The notes beneath the pieces are model-generated. The model saw only the letters and a list, made by a program, of their open reading frames with translations. It was not told where the DNA came from and did no database searches. From Woeseiaceae bacterium (GTDB taxonomy: Bacteria > Pseudomonadota > Gammaproteobacteria > Steroidobacterales > Woeseiaceae): a stretch of DNA of 64,000 nt. Within the stretch, counting starts at the first letter, position 1; every line of letters starts with the position of its first letter. The stretch spans positions 21,741-85,740 of the forward strand of contig JAPKEL010000002.1 of assembly GCA_028822065.1 (NCBI GenBank), in the 5' to 3' direction. Positions 1 through 8,331 of this stretch are shown in pieces. The position numbers were made by a program, and so were the translations under genes.

Positions 1-1017
1 AGTAATCCCTTGAATTTTCAAATGATTGATCGTTTGCAACCCTTCAATCAAACAATCTGTCAAAGTAGATTCATACTCAAATAAATAATTTAAAGCAGCA
101 TGTATAACTTGGGTCTGTTGATTTTTATGCTGATTTTTATCTACGTATTCTTTGGCATATTTGTCACCAATCCAAGCAAAATAATCTACTGACGCCGTAA
201 TTCCTGCTATACCTTCATGACTCTGTGTGCCAGTCTCAAAGCAACTGGGAAGCTCTTCGGTGGCAGGTCTAACTTTATAGGGTTTCAATAAATGCATAAC
301 TTCTTTTTTACCCCACAAGATTCCTTGATGCGGACCGAAAAATTTATACGCAGAACAAACAAGAAAATCACATCCAATATCTTGAACATCGATAGCCACA
401 TGCGGTGCAAGTTGAACTGCATCTATATAGGTCAGAATTCCCATATTACCGGCCTTCTGACTAATGGCTTTTATATTGTTAATTGTTCCAAGTAAGTTAC
501 TTGCCCCCCCTACACAAATCAGTTTAGTTCGATTGGTAATTAACGTATCCAACTCATTTAAATCAAATTCAAATGTTTCCGTGTTAAATGGCAGCCACTT
601 TATTTCTAAATTCAAGTCTTCTGCCAGTAATAACCATGGCGAAATATTCGCATCATGATCCATTCTAGATAATATAATTTCATCTCCAGATGAAAGCTGC
701 CTGCCAATTGATCGTGATAAATGTAACGTAAGTGTGGTCATATTTTGACCGAATATAATCTCTTCACTAGAACTGGCATTTAGAAAGTCTGCCATGGCTC
801 TTCGAGCCTCAGATAGAACTCGATCTGCACGATTTGAAGTTTCAAAGCCACCTAAAATATTTGCATTCGATTCAATCAAACAATCACGCATTGCTTCCAC
901 AACTTGATTGCTAACTTGCGTACCTGCAGGATTATCAAAATATATCCTTCGCCTGCCATTGTCTTGAATAGATAAGGCAGGAAACATCCTTCGAATTTCA
1001 TCAAGATTGTAATTCAT
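1..1017 (-). CDS. PLP-dependent class V aminotransferase / cysteine desulfurase family protein. Only the 5' part is present; the gene runs off the window start.
   Basis: Not in the ORF track because there is no stop inside the window. My translation of the minus strand from the ATG (complement of 1015-1017) gives MNYNLDEIRRMFPALSIQDNGRRRIYFDNPAGTQVSNQVVEAMRDC... It stays open for 339 codons to base 1. It contains CDFLVCSAYKFFGPHQGILWG, the PLP-lysine region typical of class V fold-type I enzymes. Confidence 0.8.
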   Translation of the reverse strand, partial: MNYNLDEIRRMFPALSIQDNGRRRIYFDNPAGTQVSNQVVEAMRDCLIESNANILGGFETSNRADRVLSEARRAMADFLNASSSEEIIFGQNMTTLTLHLSRSIGRQLSSGDEIILSRMDHDANISPWLLLAEDLNLEIKWLPFNTETFEFDLNELDTLITNRTKLICVGGASNLLGTINNIKAISQKAGNMGILTYIDAVQLAPHVAIDVQDIGCDFLVCSAYKFFGPHQGILWGKKEVMHLLKPYKVRPATEELPSCFETGTQSHEGIAGITASVDYFAWIGDKYAKEYVDKNQHKNQQTQVIHAALNYLFEYESTLTDCLIEGLQTINHLKIQGIT

Positions 1018-1143
1018 TATTGAACCTTTGAATTGAATTGAATTAGCCCCATTTAATCATCACCATCACAATTTATATGAGGGAGAGAGACGAAACAATA
1101 GATATTATTCTAAAAAATATAATAAAACATCATTAAAGAATGA

Positions 1144-1995
1144 TTAGTTTTGACAGTAGTTTGGGTCAACAAGTCCGAGTGTCATAAAATCCATGTAAGT
1201 CGATGAAGCTAATGTCGCAAAAGCTGGTATACCGGTCTCATCATGAGTATCTGTGAAAATTGCGTGCTCAACATACATACTATATGTCTGCCCTGGCTCA
1301 AAGGTATCTGCTGGAACAGCATATTGAGATGCTCGGTAAGTTAAATAACCATTTTTCTCAAAAGGGCGCCCGCTATGAACAACATCTTCCACCATACAAC
1401 TGTCGATTGCCACAAAAATTGGATCATCAAGCAAACCCTTTTGATCCGCATTGCCTTCATTGAATTTCGGCCATGTAATGATCAACTCCTTATTAGGATC
1501 AACTGCATCAATAGCTATTTTTTTATTGTCTTGCTTAAAAATGATTACAGGATGTACAGGAAAGGTTCTGTCTTTGTAACTAACCACGCTATCCTTGACT
1601 TCACCCACAGAAGTATTAAAGCTAAAAGCATAATCACCCATCGGAAATTTTTTCTCTAGATCCTCATAGTTATCTGCAAATCCACTTAGATACATCACAT
1701 CACCAATTTCATCTGACTCAGAATAGCGATACTCAAGTTTTTTAGTAATACTTTCAGTTCCTGGAAATTTAATCTTGGCATTATTAACTATGCCACCTTC
1801 AGATATAAATATTTCAGCGAAGAAAAGTGGTTTTAATAACTCAAGGGATCCGTTTTTAGTTTGCTGATATCGAGAAACCTTTCCGGTACCAAAAAAAGTA
1901 ACATCTTTTTGGGATAATGTTTGGGTTTCAAATCCACAAGAAGATAGCAAACTTATTAGAGAAATAATAATCAGTAATATACGCAACAAAACCAA
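1144..1995 (-). CDS. Lipoprotein of unknown function
   Basis: 283-aa ORF. The N-terminus MVLLRILLIIISLISLLSSC is a signal peptide plus lipobox. No catalytic motif recognised. The start lies 5 nt after the korB stop, so it is probably co-transcribed. Confidence 0.7.
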   Translation of the reverse strand: MVLLRILLIIISLISLLSSCGFETQTLSQKDVTFFGTGKVSRYQQTKNGSLELLKPLFFAEIFISEGGIVNNAKIKFPGTESITKKLEYRYSESDEIGDVMYLSGFADNYEDLEKKFPMGDYAFSFNTSVGEVKDSVVSYKDRTFPVHPVIIFKQDNKKIAIDAVDPNKELIITWPKFNEGNADQKGLLDDPIFVAIDSCMVEDVVHSGRPFEKNGYLTYRASQYAVPADTFEPGQTYSMYVEHAIFTDTHDETGIPAFATLASSTYMDFMTLGLVDPNYCQN

Positions 1996-2000
1996 TCAGC

Positions 2001-3056
2001 CTATCTAAAACGATTCATAATTTTTGCTAATTCCCCAGTACCAGGAACAAGCTCCTCATAAGGTATTTTTGATAAAGGCCTATCAGAGCATTGTGCAATT
2101 TCGTGCATATCATCACACTCTTTATCAATGTATAAAAGCCCCGTTATCACTTCTTGTTTGTTTATACTATCTCTCAAATAGGTATAAGCGCCAGCTCGAT
2201 CCGTTGGATCATATTGTTTGTCAACTTTCCGAAATACAATTTTACTGCCATCATGCAATTTAATTGGCATGACCTCACCTTTTTTATATTTCGCTTTGAT
2301 TTCATCAGCAGGAGGCACGAAATCAGTATCAATAACTTGATGATAAAATTTTCTAACATGAGAATAACTTTTTGTTGATTCCACATTATCATTAAAGGTG
2401 ACACAGGGACTAATAATATCCAATAACCCAAATCCTTTGTGTCTTATCGCAGCCTTAATTAAAGGTACTAATTGCTCCTTATCACCCGAAAAACCGCGCG
2501 CAACAAAAGTTGCCCCTAGCGCGATTCCCATGCTTACCGGGTCAATTGGTTTTTGTTGGTTGGCTGGGCCTTTTTTTGCTTTACTGCCAATATCAGCCGA
2601 CGCTGAATACTGTCCTTTTGTTAGTCCATAGACTCCGTTATTTTCTATAATATAAGTCATATTAAGATTGCGACGAATAACATGTGCGAACTGACCCATA
2701 CCAATTGATAATGAATCGCCGTCTCCTGAAACACCTATGTATGTCAAATCACGATTAGCAGCATTAGCGCCTGTCGTGACCGAAGGCATTCTTCCATGCA
2801 CAGAATTAAAGCCATGTGATTGACTGACAAAATAAGCGGGTGTTTTTGAAGAACAACCAATTCCAGACATTTTTCCTAGTTCATGAGGTTGAATATCAAG
2901 TTCAAAAACAGCCTGAATAATTGCTGCAGTAATGGAGTCATGACCACACCCAGCACAAAGAGTAGATACGACCCCTTCGTAGTCTCGCTTAGAAAGGCCA
3001 ATAGAATTCTTGGCAGCCTTAGGATGGACAATGTTTGGTTTACCAATATAGGTCAT
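2001..3056 (-). CDS. korB: 2-oxoacid (2-oxoglutarate):ferredoxin oxidoreductase, beta (TPP-binding) subunit
   Basis: 351 aa. Motifs: CAGCGHDSI, GVSGDGDSLSIGMGQ and IIENNGVYGLTKGQ (TPP-binding beta-subunit pattern). A GGAGG Shine-Dalgarno (complement of 3061-3065) sits 4 nt upstream of the ATG. The gene directly follows korA. Confidence 0.9.
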   Translation of the reverse strand: MTYIGKPNIVHPKAAKNSIGLSKRDYEGVVSTLCAGCGHDSITAAIIQAVFELDIQPHELGKMSGIGCSSKTPAYFVSQSHGFNSVHGRMPSVTTGANAANRDLTYIGVSGDGDSLSIGMGQFAHVIRRNLNMTYIIENNGVYGLTKGQYSASADIGSKAKKGPANQQKPIDPVSMGIALGATFVARGFSGDKEQLVPLIKAAIRHKGFGLLDIISPCVTFNDNVESTKSYSHVRKFYHQVIDTDFVPPADEIKAKYKKGEVMPIKLHDGSKIVFRKVDKQYDPTDRAGAYTYLRDSINKQEVITGLLYIDKECDDMHEIAQCSDRPLSKIPYEELVPGTGELAKIMNRFR

Positions 3057-3070
3057 CTAACCTCCATGAA

Positions 3071-4795
3071 TTAAGCTGCAACACCTTTTTTTTCATTTTT
3101 AAGAACCTCTTCAATAATAAAATTAGCGTATATCGGGTTACCGTTATAGTGCAATATTGAAATTAATTTCTTAGGATCTATCTCCAAGTCGAGCATCAAT
3201 AATGAACGCATCTGAGCATCTCTATTTTGCTCTACGATAAAAATTTTCTCGTGCTTATTAATAAAATCTTTCGCAGATTTACAAAAAGGGAAAGACTTAA
3301 TGCAGCAATAATTATAATTTTTATTTTGCTCTTTTAATCTATACAGGGCTTCTCGTGAGGCACCATCACTACTACCATAAGAAATAATAGCTGTTTTATT
3401 AAATTTAGAATAATCAATGACAGCTTCAGGCATCATTTTTCTAGCTGTTTCCCATTTGACTAACAACCGATCGATGACATCTTGGTACTCTTGACTATCT
3501 TCCGTATAACCACCAAATTTATTATGCCCCGAACCTCTAGTAAAAAAAGAACCTTTAGCATGTTCCCCAGGTAATGTTCTATAGGTTATGCCATCTCCAT
3601 CAACATCAAGGTATCGATAAAATTTTTCCATAGCATCAAGCTGCTCTGCATTAAGCACCTTACCTCTTTTTGGTTGATAATTATTATCCCACTGCAAATC
3701 AGGACACATCCAATCATTCATTCCAATATCCAAATCTGACATTACGAAAATAGGTGTTTGCAATTCATCCGCCAGATCAAATGCCGACAAAGTCATGTAA
3801 AAACACTCTTCAGGATTGGATGGGAATAATAACGGATGCCTTGTATCGCCATGAGAAGCATAAGCACAAATCATCAGATCACATTGCTGTGTTCTTGTTG
3901 GCATGCCAGTCGAAGGGCCGGCCCTTTGAATATCAAAGATTACTGCTGGTAATTCTGAATAATAAGCAAATCCGATAAACTCACTCATTAATGAAATTCC
4001 AGGACCGCTAGTTGGAGTGAAAGCTCGCGCTCCATTCCAACTCGCACCTAATACCATCCCAATAGCCGCTAACTCATCTTCAGCTTGAATTATACAAAAA
4101 TTATTTTTTTTGGTTTTTTCGCATTTTCGAAGTTGATTACAAAACGCTTGAAAGGAATCCATCAATGAAGTGGAGGGTGTTATTGGATACCAAGCACCAA
4201 CAGTGGCACCAGCGTAAACACAAGCTAAGCCTGCTGCCGTATTACCATCAATTATTACGTGATTCTTTGTTTTATTAAGGGGTTTAACACTTAATGGTAA
4301 TGGACAGGCGAAGTTTTCTATTACATGATTATAACCCAACATTATTGCTTCCAAATTTGACGCAGCCAGATGTTTCTTTGCGGCAAATGTTTCGTTAAGC
4401 AGTTCTTTTATAATATCTAAATCAATCTTTAATAAAGCTGCAAGAGCACCGACATAAGCAATATTTTTCATCAGAATTCGTGACCTTACTCCTTCAAAAT
4501 TCTCATTACATAGTTTAGAAAATGGAATACCAATAACTGTAATATCATCTCGATCCAGAAGTTTACTTCGAGGCCATGTTGAGTCATATATTAACCAACC
4601 ACCTGCATCTACCGCTAATAAATCCTTTTGATATGTTTGCGCATTCATCGCAATAATAATATCAAGTTGATTTGATGCAGATTGATAACCATCACCGGTA
4701 ACTCTCACTTCATACCAAGTTGGTAAGCCTTGTATATTGGATGGAAAATAATTTTTTCCAACCACAGGAATGCCCATACGAAAAATAGCTTTCAT
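3071..4795 (-). CDS. korA: 2-oxoacid (2-oxoglutarate):ferredoxin oxidoreductase, alpha subunit. The 5' end is disrupted and the annotated start is provisional.
   Basis: 574-aa ORF beginning MKAIFRMGIPVVGKNYFPSNIQGLPTWYEVRV, as in long OFOR alpha subunits. The conserved N-terminal strand and Gly-loop are encoded upstream in another frame (see 4797-4893). Confidence 0.8.
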   Translation of the reverse strand: MKAIFRMGIPVVGKNYFPSNIQGLPTWYEVRVTGDGYQSASNQLDIIIAMNAQTYQKDLLAVDAGGWLIYDSTWPRSKLLDRDDITVIGIPFSKLCNENFEGVRSRILMKNIAYVGALAALLKIDLDIIKELLNETFAAKKHLAASNLEAIMLGYNHVIENFACPLPLSVKPLNKTKNHVIIDGNTAAGLACVYAGATVGAWYPITPSTSLMDSFQAFCNQLRKCEKTKKNNFCIIQAEDELAAIGMVLGASWNGARAFTPTSGPGISLMSEFIGFAYYSELPAVIFDIQRAGPSTGMPTRTQQCDLMICAYASHGDTRHPLLFPSNPEECFYMTLSAFDLADELQTPIFVMSDLDIGMNDWMCPDLQWDNNYQPKRGKVLNAEQLDAMEKFYRYLDVDGDGITYRTLPGEHAKGSFFTRGSGHNKFGGYTEDSQEYQDVIDRLLVKWETARKMMPEAVIDYSKFNKTAIISYGSSDGASREALYRLKEQNKNYNYCCIKSFPFCKSAKDFINKHEKIFIVEQNRDAQMRSLLMLDLEIDPKKLISILHYNGNPIYANFIIEEVLKNEKKGVAA

Positions 4796-4796
4796 T

Positions 4797-4893
4797 AATA
4801 ATCCGTTAGCACTGGCGGAGCCGGTTCCATTAACGGTGGCTATCTTTATAACCAGATCATTAACTCTTGCCGAGGGTTTAACGTTGTTACTAA
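4797..4893 (-). other. Out-of-frame 5' segment of korA. It encodes the conserved N-terminal strand and loop and has no canonical start codon.
   Basis: My translation of the minus strand is LVTTLNPRQELNDLVIKIATVNGTGSASANGY*. The stop is the complement of 4795-4797. The frame is offset by one nt from the MKAIFRMG frame. An upstream in-frame stop lies at the complement of 4894-4896. There is no ATG, GTG or TTG in between. Confidence 0.7.
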
Positions 4894-4906
4894 TTATCTT
4901 TTCCTC

Positions 4907-6718
4907 TTAGTTATTGCTAACTTTGCTCATAATGTTTGAATTGGCTTCATCTTTAGCATAAGGCAACAATAATGTTGATTTTTGCATATCCCAAGCTCCT
5001 GTTGGACAGCGTTCAGCGCATAAACTGCAATGAATACATAAGTCTTCATCTTTAACCATTACTCTTTCAGTCTGAGGAAGTGTTTCGGAGACGTATAGAT
5101 CTTGCTCCATATTTTCAGCGGGCACCGTAAGTCGAGCACGTAACTTATCCTCCTCATCATTATCGGTAATAGTAAGACAATCTACTGGACAAATATCAAT
5201 ACAAGCATCACATTCAATGCATAAATTTGCAGTAAATACTGTCTGGACATCACAGTTTAAACACCGCTCAACTTCCTTAATAGTCTGCTCTAAAGTAAAA
5301 CCAAGCTCAACCTCAATATCGAGTTGTTTGAAACGTTCCTTGAGATCAACATGAGGCATCAAACGTCTTTCTGAAGTATCGTAATCATTGGAATAACTCC
5401 ACTCATGCATTCCCATTTTTTGACTGGCAAGATTCATGCCCGGTGGCAATCGATCATTCAAATCTTCTTTAGAACAATATTTATGAATTGAAATAGCGGC
5501 CTCATGACCATGAGCTACTGCCCAGATAATATTCTTTGGACCGAATGCTGCATCACCACCAAAAAATACTCCGGCTCTAGAGGACATCATTGTAGTTTCA
5601 TCAACTATCGGACAATCCCATTTATCAAATTCAATGCCAATATCTCTCTCAATCCAAGGAAATGCATTATCTTGCCCGATAGCAAGAATTACATCATCAC
5701 AATGAATAATCTTTTCACGAACCACTTTTCCACGATCAATTTTACCTTGATCATCTATTTGATATTCCATTTCTTCAAATAACATTCCTACTAATTTATG
5801 ATTCTCAATCACAAATGCTTTTGGTGAATGATTAACAATAATTTCAACATTTTCTTCTTCGGCATCCTCTAATTCCCAATCAGAAGCTTTAAAAAATCCT
5901 CTCGGCTTCCTTGCCATTACTTTCACTTCCTTGGCCCCTATTCTCAAAGATGATCTACAGCAATCCATTGCTGTATTACCCACGCCTATTATTAAGACTT
6001 TTTTACCGATTGAATCAATATGCTCGAACGCAACAGATTCCAACCATTCGATACCTATATGCACATTATTTGTTTCGAAACGCCCGGGTAAATCCAATTC
6101 TTTTCCTTTTGGCGCCCCACTGCCAACAAAAACAGCATCAAATGCACCTTGCTCTAGAAAATCATCAAAGCTATTAATACGGTGACCCAGCTTAAGATCA
6201 ACTCCCATATCGAGAATATATTGAATCTCTTCATCTAAAGTCTCTGGAGGAAGACGGAACTGCGGAATATTAGTACGCATTAAACCGCCCGTTTTATCTA
6301 ATGCCTCGAAAATTGTGACCTCATAGCCGAGCGGCAAAAGGTCATTGGCCACGGCTAAGGATGCGCATCCAGCGCCAATCAGTGCAATTTTATGGCCATT
6401 TTTTTTAGAAGGTGCTTTTGGAAGTCTGTCACTAATGTCATCACGATGATCAGCGGCAACTCTTTTTAATCTACAAATTGCAACAGCTTTATCCTCTACC
6501 CTGATACGTCGACAAGCTGGCTCACAAGGTCGATCACAAACTCTGCCTAGAATTCCAGGGAAAATATTCGATTCACGATTCACCATGTAAGCATCAGAAA
6601 AACGACCTTGAGCTATCATACGGATATATCGTGGGACATCTGTATGCGCGGGACAAGCCCACTGACAGTCGACGACCTTATGAAAATAATTTGGATCTTG
6701 AGTATTTGTTGGCTTCAT
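4907..6718 (-). CDS. GltD-like NAD(P)H-dependent FAD/Fe-S oxidoreductase fused to a C-terminal 2x[4Fe-4S] ferredoxin domain
   Basis: 603 aa. N-terminal GltD-type cysteine clusters (CQWACPAHTDVP, CDRPCEPACRR). Two dinucleotide folds (IALIGAGCASLAVA, VLIIGVGNTAMD). Two CxxCxxCxxxCP motifs (CIECDACIDICP, CIHCSLCAERCP). Its stop abuts the korA leader. Confidence 0.85.
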   Translation of the reverse strand: MKPTNTQDPNYFHKVVDCQWACPAHTDVPRYIRMIAQGRFSDAYMVNRESNIFPGILGRVCDRPCEPACRRIRVEDKAVAICRLKRVAADHRDDISDRLPKAPSKKNGHKIALIGAGCASLAVANDLLPLGYEVTIFEALDKTGGLMRTNIPQFRLPPETLDEEIQYILDMGVDLKLGHRINSFDDFLEQGAFDAVFVGSGAPKGKELDLPGRFETNNVHIGIEWLESVAFEHIDSIGKKVLIIGVGNTAMDCCRSSLRIGAKEVKVMARKPRGFFKASDWELEDAEEENVEIIVNHSPKAFVIENHKLVGMLFEEMEYQIDDQGKIDRGKVVREKIIHCDDVILAIGQDNAFPWIERDIGIEFDKWDCPIVDETTMMSSRAGVFFGGDAAFGPKNIIWAVAHGHEAAISIHKYCSKEDLNDRLPPGMNLASQKMGMHEWSYSNDYDTSERRLMPHVDLKERFKQLDIEVELGFTLEQTIKEVERCLNCDVQTVFTANLCIECDACIDICPVDCLTITDNDEEDKLRARLTVPAENMEQDLYVSETLPQTERVMVKDEDLCIHCSLCAERCPTGAWDMQKSTLLLPYAKDEANSNIMSKVSNN

Positions 6719-6828
6719 TTAATAATTTTTTGCATTCCTGCAACAATTTAAATTTTGCTAGTAGTACAACAAACTAATCCTTCCTCGCTAAGCTTAATGG
6801 TATCCACCATAAAGTAAACATTTTTTTA

Positions 6829-8169
6829 CTAGCGTAATCGTTTATAAGTCATTCTTTTGCCAACAACGGCCCCAGTTAAAGAACTATTCTGATAAACAAT
6901 TGTACCATTGACAATTGTTGTATCTATAGATGTTTTAAAAGTATGACCTTCAAATGGTGACCAACCACATTTATAAATAATATTTTCTTTATTTACTTGA
7001 TAAGGTTTTTTCATATCGACCAAAACAAGGTCGGCATAATAGCCTTCTCTAATATACCCACGATCCTCAATACCAAATAAATCTGCAGGTGCATGACAAG
7101 CACGATCCACTACCAATTCATTACTTAGAACACCTTGATCAACTAAATCAAATAGCGCTGGAAGTGCATGTTGCACTAGAGGAATTCCTGCTGGTGCATC
7201 AAAGTAACCGGCGTGCTTTTCTTGACTTGTATGAGGCGCATGATCAGTAGCAATTACGTCAATTTTTCCTTCTTTTAATGCTTTTTGTAAGGCCAGTTTG
7301 TCAGCTTTGGATTTAATGGCTGGATTGCATTTTATAAATGTGCCATGTTCTGCATAATCACTTTCCTCAAACCAAAGATGGTGAACACAAACTTCTGCGG
7401 TAACTCTTTTTTCAGATCGATGTTTATTAGAAAAAAGAGCCATCTCTTTTTCTGTAGTTAAATGCAAAACATGCAATAAAGCATCGTATTTTTTTGCTAA
7501 TGCTATCGCAGAACTCGATGATTTGTAACATGCTAAATCTGAACGAATATGAGGATGTTGAGACATGGGAACATCTTCACCGTATTTTTCTTTCGCAACA
7601 GCTTCGTTACCCAATATGATGGGTGTGTCCTCACAATGCGTTACTACCATAATTGGCGCATATTCAAACAATAACTCCAAAGCCTTTGGATCATTAACCA
7701 ACATATTGCCTGTTGAAGCCCCCAAGAATGCTTTTATTCCACAAGCATCGTTGAGGTTCAATGATTTCACTACTTCTATATTCGTATTAGTTGCCCCCAA
7801 GTAAAACCCATAGTTAGTTCGACAACGATTTTTTGCTCTTAAATACTTATCATCAAGCGCATTTTTATTTGTTGTTTTTGGCTCAACGTTAGGCATTTCC
7901 ATGAAGCTGGTGATACCTCCAGCAACTGCTGCAGAAGACTCGGTCACTAAATCTGCTTTATGCGTTAAGCCAGGTTCACGACAATGAACTTGGTCATCTA
8001 TCATTCCCGGCATGAGATAACGGCCAGCAGCATCGAGTGAACAAACGTTATTATCGACTGAAATATTCGATGCAATTCTTTCGATTCTCTCTCCATCAAT
8101 CAAAATATCCGCATCAAAAGTATTTCCCTCGTTTATTATTTTTGCATTTCGGATTATTATCTTACTCAA
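6829..8169 (-). CDS. pyrC: Dihydroorotase-type cyclic amidohydrolase (long class I form)
   Basis: 446 aa. Motifs: DDQVHCREPGLTHK, GIKAFLG, VVTHCED, LHVLHLTT and ATDHAPH, matching the amidohydrolase metal and catalytic positions. The first metal motif reads Q-x-H rather than H-x-H. Confidence 0.75.
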   Translation of the reverse strand: MSKIIIRNAKIINEGNTFDADILIDGERIERIASNISVDNNVCSLDAAGRYLMPGMIDDQVHCREPGLTHKADLVTESSAAVAGGITSFMEMPNVEPKTTNKNALDDKYLRAKNRCRTNYGFYLGATNTNIEVVKSLNLNDACGIKAFLGASTGNMLVNDPKALELLFEYAPIMVVTHCEDTPIILGNEAVAKEKYGEDVPMSQHPHIRSDLACYKSSSSAIALAKKYDALLHVLHLTTEKEMALFSNKHRSEKRVTAEVCVHHLWFEESDYAEHGTFIKCNPAIKSKADKLALQKALKEGKIDVIATDHAPHTSQEKHAGYFDAPAGIPLVQHALPALFDLVDQGVLSNELVVDRACHAPADLFGIEDRGYIREGYYADLVLVDMKKPYQVNKENIIYKCGWSPFEGHTFKTSIDTTIVNGTIVYQNSSLTGAVVGKRMTYKRLR

Positions 8170-8331
8170 GGTATTTTCTCTGTATTTATTTAAAATTTAA
8201 TATATCAATTATTTTGTAGATTATTGACGAATGAAAATGCCATTAACTCATTTACCGTATTTATAAATAGTTTGTATGATCTAAAAATATAGTCAACAAA
8301 AACATAGTTCAAATTTTCAGGATTCATCATT

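Noticed and set aside
292-658. Two short plus-strand ORFs (292-495, 464-658) at the window start.
   Set aside because: They are shadows of the minus-strand class V aminotransferase gene, which is open from 1017 to base 1 and carries the PLP-lysine motif.
1021-1045. A (GAATT)3 short tandem repeat and an adjacent polypurine tract in the spacer between the lipoprotein gene and the class V aminotransferase gene.
   Set aside because: It is very short, AT-rich and unique in the window. It is most likely part of the promoter or RBS region with no independent significance.
4795-4810. Programmed ribosomal frameshift as the explanation for the korA frame break.
   Set aside because: The shift required is -1, and there is no X-XXY-YYZ slippery heptamer at the junction (GCU AAC GGA UAU UAA UGA). 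A +1 shift at UAU-UAA leads into the wrong frame. An indel or gene decay is more parsimonious.
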